Shown piece after piece: positions 7,337 through 14,875 of a stretch of 14,875 nt of DNA (position 1 is its first letter; each line of letters begins with the position of its first letter). The notes beneath the pieces are model-generated. The model worked only from the letters and a program-made list of their open reading frames with translations. It searched no databases and was not told where the DNA came from. This DNA is from Candidatus Caldarchaeum sp. (lineage in GTDB: Archaea; Thermoproteota; Nitrososphaeria_A; Caldarchaeales; Caldarchaeaceae): assembly GCA_038831915.1 (NCBI GenBank), contig JAWBKB010000026.1, forward strand, positions 1 through 14,875, written 5' to 3'. Made by a program: the position numbers and the translations under genes.

Positions 7337-8616
7337 TTGAACTGCATGTTTTCCGTTGATTCGGCGAGGGCCGTAACTGTTTCACCGCCTTCAACCGTTA
7401 GCAAAACCTCGTCATAGTAGTGAACTCCGACGAACCTCTGATGTTTGAACGCTCGGTAGCCGATTTTCTCCAGCTCCGATTCATGTGCCTGAAATTCGGC
7501 GTAAGCTTTCATGCCTTGTTCAGCCAGCTTCTTCGCGAGCTCATACATCGACGCGTTCAAGGTGTGGAACCCAGCCAACGTGATGAACTGGAATTTGTAA
7601 CCCATCTGCCCGAGTTTTTTGTTGAATTCGTGGAGCTCATCAGCATCGACGACTTTCACCCAGTTGAAGGAAGGCGACATGTTGTAGGCGAGAAGTTTGC
7701 CCGGATATTTGCGGTGAATCGCGTCAGCAAACTGTTTAGCTTCTTCGAGAGAAGGCCTCGATGTTTCGAACCAAAGCAAATCCGCGTAAGGAGCATACGC
7801 GAGGCCGCGTTCAATAGCCATTTCCAACCCGCTTTTCACTTCGAAATATCCTTCAGCCGTTCGCTTACCCGTCATGAATTGTTTGTCGACGGGATCCGCG
7901 TCGCTCGTAACATACTGTGCACCTATCGAGTCTGTTCTCGCTATCAAAACCGCTGGAACTCCGACGATGTCCGAGGCAAGCCTCGCAGCCGTCAAAATGC
8001 TTATGAACCGTTTAGTCGGCACCAATACTTTTCCACCGAGGTGGCCGCATCTTCTTTCACTCGGCGACTGGTCCTCGAAATGAACGCCGGCAGCACCTGC
8101 TTCGATCATTGCTTTCATCAACTCGAAGGCATGAAGCGGGCCGCCGAAGCCTGCTTCGCCGTCGGCGACTATCGGGACCATGTAGTCGATTTTGTTGGGC
8201 CTGTTTTCGAGATGCTGTATCTGGTCAGCTCGTTGAAGTGCTTTGTTGATTTTTGCGACGAGGTCGGATGTGCTGTTGGACGGGTAGAGGCCGAGGTCGG
8301 GGTACATGTGACCACTGTGGTTGTTGTCGGCAGCGACCTGCCAACCGCTGACGTAGATGGCTTTCGCACCCGCCTCCACCAGTTGGATGGCTTGGTTGCC
8401 TGTCAAAGCCCCTGAGGTGAAAACGTAGTCCGAATTGTTCAGCAGTTTCCAGAGCTTTTCAGATGTAAGCCGAGAAACGGTGTAGTCGATTTTCCACGTT
8501 CCACGCAGCTTCAGCACGTCTTCCGCCGAATATCGTCTGACAACCCCGTTCCAGCGAGGGGTTCTCCAAATTTTTTCCAGCTCTTCAGGTGTTTCCGCTT
8601 CGAGTAATGGGTTCAT
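7333..8616 (-). CDS. aceA: Isocitrate lyase (short prokaryotic type)
   Basis: IYVSGWQVAAD, YPD..LYP, PIVADGEAGFGG, HFEDQ, CGHLGGKVLVP, ARTD, YN.SPSFNW and QFITLAGFH motifs. ATGA overlap with aceB. Confidence 0.96.
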   Translation of the reverse strand: MNPLLEAETPEELEKIWRTPRWNGVVRRYSAEDVLKLRGTWKIDYTVSRLTSEKLWKLLNNSDYVFTSGALTGNQAIQLVEAGAKAIYVSGWQVAADNNHSGHMYPDLGLYPSNSTSDLVAKINKALQRADQIQHLENRPNKIDYMVPIVADGEAGFGGPLHAFELMKAMIEAGAAGVHFEDQSPSERRCGHLGGKVLVPTKRFISILTAARLASDIVGVPAVLIARTDSIGAQYVTSDADPVDKQFMTGKRTAEGYFEVKSGLEMAIERGLAYAPYADLLWFETSRPSLEEAKQFADAIHRKYPGKLLAYNMSPSFNWVKVVDADELHEFNKKLGQMGYKFQFITLAGFHTLNASMYELAKKLAEQGMKAYAEFQAHESELEKIGYRAFKHQRFVGVHYYDEVLLTVEGGETVTALAESTENMQFK

Positions 8617-8725
8617 GTCTGGGAATTACTGCATCGTATTCTCGTGCTTTTATACATATCGTTTGTCTCAACGACGCTGTTGACTATACATAACGCATAT
8701 ATTACGCAAATTACGTATCAGCCGT
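8617..8725. promoter_or_regulatory. Divergent promoter region aceA / AbrB-PhoU
   Basis: TATAAAA on the minus strand at 8648-8654, about 32 nt before the aceA ATG. AT-rich CATATATT near 8696-8703 for the plus gene. Several short repeats. Confidence 0.55.
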
Positions 8726-9718
8726 ATGTTTCATCGGACAATACAGAGGACAGCCGGCGGCACATACGTCGTCACCCTGCCCAAAGAATACGTCAAATCA
8801 CTGGGTCTCGACCGTAAACATGTCGTCAAGATAACATTGGAAGACGACCGGATCATCCTTCATCCAACAGGCACAAAGCCCGTCATTCAGAGCAAAACCA
8901 TCCGAACAGCTGATTTCCGCGACCCGAAGCTTCTCGGACTCGCCATCGTCAACTTCTACATCATGGGTCACGACATCGCCGAAGTTGTTTCAGAAGGAAA
9001 AATGACGCCGGCACAGAAAAAAAGCGTACGCGAAGCCGTGGAAAACCTCATCGGAGTCGAAATCGTCGAAGACTACGCCGACCGTGTCGTGTTGCAGTCG
9101 CTCGTCGACCCTTCAAAGTTCGAAATCGATGTTTTGCTCGAAAGGTTTACGCAGTTTTCACGGGCGATTATGCGGGACGCCGCCAAAGCACTGAGCAACG
9201 ATGACAAACTTCTCGCCAGAGACGCCTACGAAAGAGGAGTCGAACTCACCCGTCAATACCGGCTGATGATGCGAATCTGTTTCCAAGCGCTTCGAAGCAG
9301 CACAATTCGCGAAACCATCAAAGTTGGAGATGTTTCGAGCCTCGTCGTCCGCATAATAGCGGTTCGAGAACTCGGCCGCGTCGCGTATTACTGCATGAAA
9401 ATGGCTGAAAGAGTTGAAGAAGCCGAAAAATCAGGTGGAGAAATCTCGATGATAATCGACGAAATGGTTCAGTTGGTTGACAACATGCTTGAGGATGCTT
9501 TGCAGGCGTTGTTGAAGCACGACCTCGGGTTGGCGAGCGAAGTCATCGACAAAATGGAAAACGTGCGAAACCTCTACGCCAAAGCCTACAAACAAATTAT
9601 CAAGAAGCCTGAAAAAGAAGCTTATACTCTGGGGTTGATTATACGTGCTGTCAGGGCCATCGCGGGATACAGCGTAGCTTTAGCCGATGATGCAATTCTT
9701 GAAATTTTCTCAAAGTAA
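8726..9718 (+). CDS. Archaeal AbrB/SpoVT-PhoU family regulator
   Basis: N-terminal RTIQRTAGGTYVVTLPKE (AbrB-like), YIMG, LIGVEIVE, then helical PhoU repeats (ELGRVAYY, AIAGYSVALAD). Confidence 0.88.
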   Translation: MFHRTIQRTAGGTYVVTLPKEYVKSLGLDRKHVVKITLEDDRIILHPTGTKPVIQSKTIRTADFRDPKLLGLAIVNFYIMGHDIAEVVSEGKMTPAQKKSVREAVENLIGVEIVEDYADRVVLQSLVDPSKFEIDVLLERFTQFSRAIMRDAAKALSNDDKLLARDAYERGVELTRQYRLMMRICFQALRSSTIRETIKVGDVSSLVVRIIAVRELGRVAYYCMKMAERVEEAEKSGGEISMIIDEMVQLVDNMLEDALQALLKHDLGLASEVIDKMENVRNLYAKAYKQIIKKPEKEAYTLGLIIRAVRAIAGYSVALADDAILEIFSK

Positions 9719-9738
9719 AACCAAATAAGCAACCGGAT

Positions 9739-10539
9739 GTGTTTAACGTCGTGCCAACAGATATCGACTCCCCAAGGGCAGTTATATGTGGGGACAGAGA
9801 AGTTTATTTTTTCTCTGTTCAGCTCAAAGACGAGCCTGGCTCTCTCGCACAGGTTTTGTCAGTTATTGCCACTTATGGGTTGAACATTGTGAGCATTTAT
9901 TCGAGCGAAACAAGTTCTGAGCAACGTCAATTCATCGAAGTCAACATGATGTTGGATTTCACGGGAAAACCGTTTTCGGTCGAGCAAGTCAAGAAAAGCA
10001 TCGAGCTTCTGAACACGGTCAAAAACGTCCTCTACAGTGGTAAACAGTTTCCAAACATGATCTTCGATGATTTTCATTATCCAGTTAAGCTGATGGGAGA
10101 CCGCATCATCATCTACAGGGAATATTCCTACGCAGCTTTGATTCATGGCATTCGCCGCCAACTTGGAACCGCGGGTGAAGCTCTTCTCTACCACATCGGC
10201 TACAACATCGGCAAAGGCTCGGGACAGAGACTCAAAACTCTTCTGACGGGACACTCTGAATTCATAGACAAAGCCCTGAAATATTGGATGCTGATTCACA
10301 GCGCGGCAAACATATCAGAGGTTCAAATAGACCCAGGAGCTAAGAAAGCGTTAATCAGAGTAGCTGACAACTATGAATGCAGAACCGGCCTCAAAACGGG
10401 TAAGCCATTCAGTAACCTGTTTCGCGGAAATCTTGCGGGGATTTTGGACGAGCTGTTCGGAATAGAGACGCTTGTCGAAACGAAATGCATCGCGGCCGGC
10501 GACCCCTACTGCGAATTCGTCACACCTGAAAACACGTAG
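9739..10539 (+). CDS. ACT-domain + V4R-domain small-molecule-binding protein
   Basis: LKDEPGSLAQVLSVIATYGLNI (ACT); LLYHIGYNIG, YEC, FRG.LAG and VETKCIAAGDPYCEF (V4R). Confidence 0.85.
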   Translation: MFNVVPTDIDSPRAVICGDREVYFFSVQLKDEPGSLAQVLSVIATYGLNIVSIYSSETSSEQRQFIEVNMMLDFTGKPFSVEQVKKSIELLNTVKNVLYSGKQFPNMIFDDFHYPVKLMGDRIIIYREYSYAALIHGIRRQLGTAGEALLYHIGYNIGKGSGQRLKTLLTGHSEFIDKALKYWMLIHSAANISEVQIDPGAKKALIRVADNYECRTGLKTGKPFSNLFRGNLAGILDELFGIETLVETKCIAAGDPYCEFVTPENT

Positions 10540-11794
10540 AAAGAGATAAAGGCATCGATAAATGTCGACGGGCTGAAATAGCGACCTCATACACGCCGGG
10601 AGAAACACCGCGTGGGAGAATTATTGTTTCAGCCGCTTCTTTCGGCAGCGAGATATCACATCTCCGACATCGATATCCCTGGTTTTTGCCGGCTGACTCC
10701 ATTCTCCGATAGCAATTTGGACACTGTGGGGGCCTTTTAATCGTAACGGTGATGAGCTGCTTAACTTCGAGTTTTTCGATGTTTAATGTCAAGCCTTGTG
10801 GCTTCGGCTTTACGGCGCCCATGACCGTTACGACGTCTCCAGGCCTGAGGGCCAAAGCAGCGTTTCGCAGCTTACCAGTGGGAGCGTAGGCAGCACATGT
10901 CACCGACCCCGTATCGTCTCCGACTTCGAAAAACACATGTCCACCCCGCTTCATCTCCGGCACATTCAAAACACGGGCCTCGACGACGGCGTTGATGAAA
11001 GGCCGCAGCTCAGACAACTTCACCTTAACATAGTGCATGTCCGTGGCCTGATTGGTTTTGTAGACCGTTTGCATCGCAACCTCTTCGAAGAACCGCAGCA
11101 TGGAAAGGCCTTTCAAAGCTTTTTCAGCCGACGTAGCTCGGACGCCGGCGAGAACCGGACAAGGTGTATGCGGTGTTACACGGATTTCTTTTTTCTCGGG
11201 GTCGTAGCTGTCGAAGCTAAGGCCAGAAAGATAGAGTTCTTGAACCGAGGCTGGGTCGATGCGTCTCACGGTTCCCCAGTTTTCTCGGACACGGTAGGCG
11301 ATGGCTTCGAACGTGTAGTGTTCGAGTGGAAGCGCGACGGCGGCTAATGCACCGATTACCCCTCGGCCTCCGTTAAACATGTAAACCATCGCTGTATATT
11401 TTTCGGCGAGGTCGAGAGCTTCCTTCAGCGAAACGATGTCAACAACCGCTTTCTCGGCGAACCTTCTCCATTCATCTGGAATTTCCACTCCTTCGTAAAT
11501 TACTATGCCGGGCTGCGTGTTTTCATATCCTTTCTCGTAAAGTGCTTCAACTGTTTCGACGACGGTTTTGACGACTTTGTCCACGTTGTCTTCGGATGTT
11601 TTGATGTGGAGTGATACGGCGGCGTTTCCACGGGTTTTGAACGGGCAGTTCGGGTTGAGGCGGACGAGATGGCTGTAGTCGATTTTTTCGCATCCCATTT
11701 CCAAAAGCTTCCGCTCAAGCACTGCTCCTACGTAGGTGGTGCACATGCCGTTCGGGGAATCCGTGTCGTCGACGCCTATCCTGAGAACCCGCAT
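10520..11794 (-). CDS. tiaS: tRNA(Ile2) 2-agmatinylcytidine synthetase
   Basis: IGVDDTDS..GMCTTY, LVRLNPN.P.KTRGN, GRGVIGALAA, PHTPCPVL.G.R, TNQATD.H, OB fold and C-terminal CPNC/CRRC zinc ribbon. ATG 11794 fits the TATA at 11819-11826; the ORF track start is 11806. Confidence 0.95.
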   Translation of the reverse strand: MRVLRIGVDDTDSPNGMCTTYVGAVLERKLLEMGCEKIDYSHLVRLNPNCPFKTRGNAAVSLHIKTSEDNVDKVVKTVVETVEALYEKGYENTQPGIVIYEGVEIPDEWRRFAEKAVVDIVSLKEALDLAEKYTAMVYMFNGGRGVIGALAAVALPLEHYTFEAIAYRVRENWGTVRRIDPASVQELYLSGLSFDSYDPEKKEIRVTPHTPCPVLAGVRATSAEKALKGLSMLRFFEEVAMQTVYKTNQATDMHYVKVKLSELRPFINAVVEARVLNVPEMKRGGHVFFEVGDDTGSVTCAAYAPTGKLRNAALALRPGDVVTVMGAVKPKPQGLTLNIEKLEVKQLITVTIKRPPQCPNCYRRMESAGKNQGYRCRRCDISLPKEAAETIILPRGVSPGVYEVAISARRHLSMPLSLSTCFQV

Positions 11795-11806
11795 CAAGGA
11801 AAACAC

Positions 11807-11889
11807 CGCGTCATCACCTTATAAAAGGAAAACACGTAGCCAAGGCATGCATTAATATAACGGCGTTAACGCTGGCATGGAGAAGGTGG
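11807..11889. promoter_or_regulatory. Divergent promoters tiaS / moeB-rhodanese
   Basis: TTTTATAA on the minus strand (11819-11826), TTAATATA on the plus strand (11852-11859), and AGGTGG just before TTG 11890. Confidence 0.6.
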
Positions 11890-13041
11890 TTGACACTCTC
11901 AATCAGCGAGCCGAGCCTTTCCCTCGAGGAGATTAGGCGTTACGGTAGGCATCTAATCATCCCAGAGGTCGGTCTCGCAGGCCAGAAAAAGCTGAAAGCC
12001 GCGAGGGTTCTGGTCGTGGGCGCGGGCGGCTTGGGCTCGCCGATTTCGCTTTACCTCGCAGCAGCTGGTGTTGGACACATCGGGATTGTGGATTTCGACG
12101 TCGTCGACGAAAGCAACCTCCAGCGCCAAATAATCTACACCACGAAAGACGTGAAAAAACCTAAGCTCCAAGCCGCGAAAGAAAGACTCACAGCCATGAA
12201 CCCCTACATCGAAGTCGAAACCTATGAAACACGTCTGACCTCCGAAAACGCCCTAGACATCATCAAGAACTATGACATCGTGGTCGACGGCACGGACAAC
12301 TTCCCCACCCGGTATCTCGTCAACGACGCATGCGCTCTTCTCGGCAAACCCAACGTCTACGGTAGCATTTTCCGTTTCGACGGACAGGTTTCGGTTTTCG
12401 ATGCACGTAGGGGCCCGTGCTACCGCTGTCTCTACCCTGAGCCACCTCCTCCAGGGCTTGTGCCAAGCTGTGCAGAAGGCGGTGTTTTGGGTGTTTTGCC
12501 CGGTGTGGTCGGCGCGTTGCAGGCGATGGAAACGATTAAGCTCATCGTTGGAATCGGCGACCCCTTGATAGGCCGTCTGCTTCTGTTCGACGGCCTGCAC
12601 ATGTCTTTCACAGAGCTGAAGGTGAGGAAGGACCCGAACTGCAAGCTCTGCGGACAAAACCCAACCATACGCGAGCTCATCGACTACGAAGCGTTCTGCG
12701 GCGTATCACCGTCCCAAGACACAGGCATGCATATCACACCCGAAGAACTACACGGCAAACTTCAGAAGGGTGAGAAAATCTTCCTCCTCGACGTCCGCGA
12801 ACCTGTTGAATACGAAATCTGCCATCTCGAAAACGCCGTGCTGATTCCGTTGTCAAAGCTTCCTGAAAAAGTCAACCAATTAAGCCTTACCGACGAGATT
12901 GTCGTCTACTGCCACACCGGCGTCCGCAGCAGCATGGCTGTTAAACTTCTCCGCGACCTTGGGTTCCGACGTGTGCGCAACCTCGCCGGCGGCATCGATG
13001 CATGGGCTGAACGCATCGACCCCGAAATGCCTCGTTACTGA
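11890..13041 (+). CDS. moeB: E1-like ThiF/MoeB adenylyltransferase fused to a C-terminal rhodanese (MoeZ/MOCS3/Uba4-like)
   Basis: RYGRH, VVGAGGLG, SNLQRQ, DGTDNF, CYRC/CKLC zinc pairs, PSCAEGG active-site Cys, and rhodanese LLDVRE...YCHTGVRS...LAGGI.AW. Confidence 0.93.
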   Translation: MTLSISEPSLSLEEIRRYGRHLIIPEVGLAGQKKLKAARVLVVGAGGLGSPISLYLAAAGVGHIGIVDFDVVDESNLQRQIIYTTKDVKKPKLQAAKERLTAMNPYIEVETYETRLTSENALDIIKNYDIVVDGTDNFPTRYLVNDACALLGKPNVYGSIFRFDGQVSVFDARRGPCYRCLYPEPPPPGLVPSCAEGGVLGVLPGVVGALQAMETIKLIVGIGDPLIGRLLLFDGLHMSFTELKVRKDPNCKLCGQNPTIRELIDYEAFCGVSPSQDTGMHITPEELHGKLQKGEKIFLLDVREPVEYEICHLENAVLIPLSKLPEKVNQLSLTDEIVVYCHTGVRSSMAVKLLRDLGFRRVRNLAGGIDAWAERIDPEMPRY

Positions 13042-14159
13042 TTTTGCGGTGGCGGCGGAGGCAGTGGAAGGGCCGGAGTCTGCAAATTATTAGGTCTACG
13101 TGTCCGCCGAGCCACTCCATAAACCGCTAAAGCCGTGAAAAGAACTAAAAGGGCAAACGCTTCCGCAAACGCGAGGTTACGGTGTAAAACGTTTTCATCA
13201 TTCAGCATATTGTAACGCATCCGCAAATCCGCTAAACTTCGCTGAGTTTCATCGAGCTGAGACTGCAAATACCCGATTTGTTGTTTCGCGGATTCGTGCC
13301 GTGTTGACAAGTTTTCATAAATGGTTTGTAGCTGGTTGTAGGATGCCTGAAGCATGTTGTATTCTTTGGTCAGGTTCCGGTAGTCGCTGAGAAGCAGCCG
13401 GTAGTTGTCCATCAAAGCAGCGTTTTCACGTCGAAGCGATTCATACAGCGTTTCAAGGGAACGCAGCTCGCCCACGACGCCGACATACCGGTCGTTTAAC
13501 CGCGCGTATTCGTTGGAAAGGTTTTGAAAACTTTGTTCAAGCCTTTCATATTCTCGACGAGAGCTTTCAAGGCTGGATACAAGCCTCGCCGCTTCCCTCG
13601 AAACTTCCTCTACTCGGGCCCTAAGCCGCGTTATTTCGCTCTGAAGCTCCTGAACCGTCCGCTGTAACGTGTTTATCTGGTTTTGAGCTGCTTTGAGGTC
13701 GTTGACGACTTCGTCATAGGTTCTGTTGCGAACCGTTGCGAGATACCACTTATGAGTTAATGGTTTGTAGGACGCGTCTCGGGTGTAGTTGGTGTAGACC
13801 GTGGCTTCGACAAGAGGGTCGCGTCTAACCGGAGTCGGAATGCAGACAGAATATGTCTTTGAAATCATCTGTCCCACGGTAAATGAAGTGATTGTGGAAA
13901 CCAGGGTATCGCTCACCAAAGTCACGCTACCGGCCTCAGAAACATAGACCATCGAGAAACGCAGCTTGTCTACGTTGACGTTTCCGAGAAAAGTAATTTG
14001 GAGACCGACCGTGAAACACGCGCCGATTTTCACCTCGACAGGGTAATGTAATGAAATTTTCAAACGGCCGTCGTCAACTATTGACGAAAAGCCCTGCGAA
14101 AAAACCGGCACCGGTAGCAGAAGCCCGACCAACACAAACACGGCTAAAATTTTTTTCAT
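13035..14159 (-). CDS. Secreted, C-terminally membrane-anchored coiled-coil surface protein
   Basis: Sec signal MKKILAVFVLVGLLLPVPVFS from ATG 14159, beta-rich domain, long heptad coiled coil, TM helix, RRTRR stop-transfer and Pro-rich tail. Confidence 0.8.
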   Translation of the reverse strand: MKKILAVFVLVGLLLPVPVFSQGFSSIVDDGRLKISLHYPVEVKIGACFTVGLQITFLGNVNVDKLRFSMVYVSEAGSVTLVSDTLVSTITSFTVGQMISKTYSVCIPTPVRRDPLVEATVYTNYTRDASYKPLTHKWYLATVRNRTYDEVVNDLKAAQNQINTLQRTVQELQSEITRLRARVEEVSREAARLVSSLESSRREYERLEQSFQNLSNEYARLNDRYVGVVGELRSLETLYESLRRENAALMDNYRLLLSDYRNLTKEYNMLQASYNQLQTIYENLSTRHESAKQQIGYLQSQLDETQRSLADLRMRYNMLNDENVLHRNLAFAEAFALLVLFTALAVYGVARRTRRPNNLQTPALPLPPPPPQNQ

Positions 14160-14279
14160 CCCGAGGAAGTCGTTAAGCGATTTATTTAATCTGTGGCCAG
14201 TCATACGCCTTGGAAATATAAAGGGGAAACTTGTTTGATGGTGGGATAATTTAATTACATCGCTGGCTGTTTCGGAGAT

Positions 14280-14875
14280 ATGGCTAATGTTTTGCTCGAG
14301 GAGATGTTTCGGATTAACTACGCCGCAACGGCTGAAGCCATCATTTCCTTCATCCGCGAAACCGTGAATTCATCTAATGCTTCCGGCGTTGTTCTCGGTT
14401 TGAGCGGCGGCGTTGACTCTTCCGCCGTCGCTGTTCTTTCCGTTAAAGCTCTCGGGCCCGACAGGGTTTTGGGAATCATCATGCCCACGGATTTCACACC
14501 ACGTCAAGACGTAGAACATGCGGAGATGCTGGCCCGCAACCTCGGAATCGAAACCTGCTACATCCCCATAACATCCATCGTCGAAGAATACGCCAGGCAG
14601 CTGAACGTCCCGCTCAGCCACGTCGACGCCAAAATACCATACGCCAACCTAAGGGCCCGAGTCAGAATGTCCATTCTCTATTTCCACGCCAACCTTCTCA
14701 ACCGCTTAGTCGCCGGAACAGGAGACCGGAGCGAAATCCTGCTGGGATACTATACGAAGTACGGCGACGCGGGAGTTGATTTTCTCCCCATCGGCAACAT
14801 CTACAAAACTCAGCTTCGCCATCTCTGCAAACATCTGGGACTGCCAGACGAAATAGCGTTTAAACCCAGCAGCCC
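14280..14875 (+). CDS. nadE: NH3-dependent NAD+ synthetase (3' truncated by window)
   Basis: Manual translation from ATG 14280: MANVLLEE...[12 protein letters not shown]...[10 protein letters not shown]...[16 protein letters not shown]; GGAG SD upstream. Absent from the ORF track because there is no stop in the window. Confidence 0.95.
   Translation, partial: MANVLLEEMFRINYAATAEAIISFIRETVNSSNASGVVLGLSGGVDSSAVAVLSVKALGPDRVLGIIMPTDFTPRQDVEHAEMLARNLGIETCYIPITSIVEEYARQLNVPLSHVDAKIPYANLRARVRMSILYFHANLLNRLVAGTGDRSEILLGYYTKYGDAGVDFLPIGNIYKTQLRHLCKHLGLPDEIAFKPSS

Noticed and set aside
7420-8415. 331-aa antisense ORF
   Set aside because: It is a shadow of aceA on the opposite strand, explained by codon bias, with no motifs.
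10796-11347. 183-aa antisense ORF, and similar short shadow ORFs throughout
   Set aside because: It lies wholly inside tiaS (or other well-supported genes) and has no independent signals.
4583-13041. Short overlaps at convergent gene ends (4583-4586, 10520-10539, 13035-13041)
   Set aside because: Ordinary in compact archaeal genomes.
14370-14621. 83-aa minus-strand ORF
   Set aside because: It is antisense to nadE, which has clear catalytic motifs.
880-14630. Frequent GTCGAC hexamers (at least 15 seen, 7 in the proteasome genes)
   Set aside because: Irregularly spaced and largely explicable by Val-Asp GTC-GAC codon use and general TCGA richness; not a repeat array.
1-14875. CRISPR array, tRNA or rRNA genes
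   Set aside because: No regularly spaced repeats or cloverleaf/rRNA-like sequence were seen, and nearly all of the window is protein-coding.

Overview
Gene-dense archaeal window: tiaS, trm14, 20S proteasome subunits, an AbrB-PhoU regulator, a V4R protein and TATA-box promoters. The gene content would fit a TACK/Nitrososphaerota-Aigarchaeota-like thermophile, but this is an inference. From left to right: the right end of an IS6-family element; a stand-alone Lrp/AsnC (RAM) protein; a minus-strand wHTH-psmB-psmA cluster encoding an atypical proteasome pair (beta without propeptide, alpha with a non-canonical gate); a small membrane protein; a Tat-signal SagB/nitroreductase-like flavoprotein overlapping a di-heme cytochrome b-like membrane protein; trm14; a coupled aceA-aceB glyoxylate-shunt operon divergent from AbrB-PhoU and ACT-V4R genes; tiaS; an E1/MoeB-rhodanese fusion; a membrane-anchored coiled-coil surface protein with a polyproline tail; and the 5' part of nadE. 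The best candidates for undescribed systems are the second, divergent proteasome operon and the Tat-flavoprotein/cytochrome b redox pair. All family assignments come from motif recognition by eye, not database searches.
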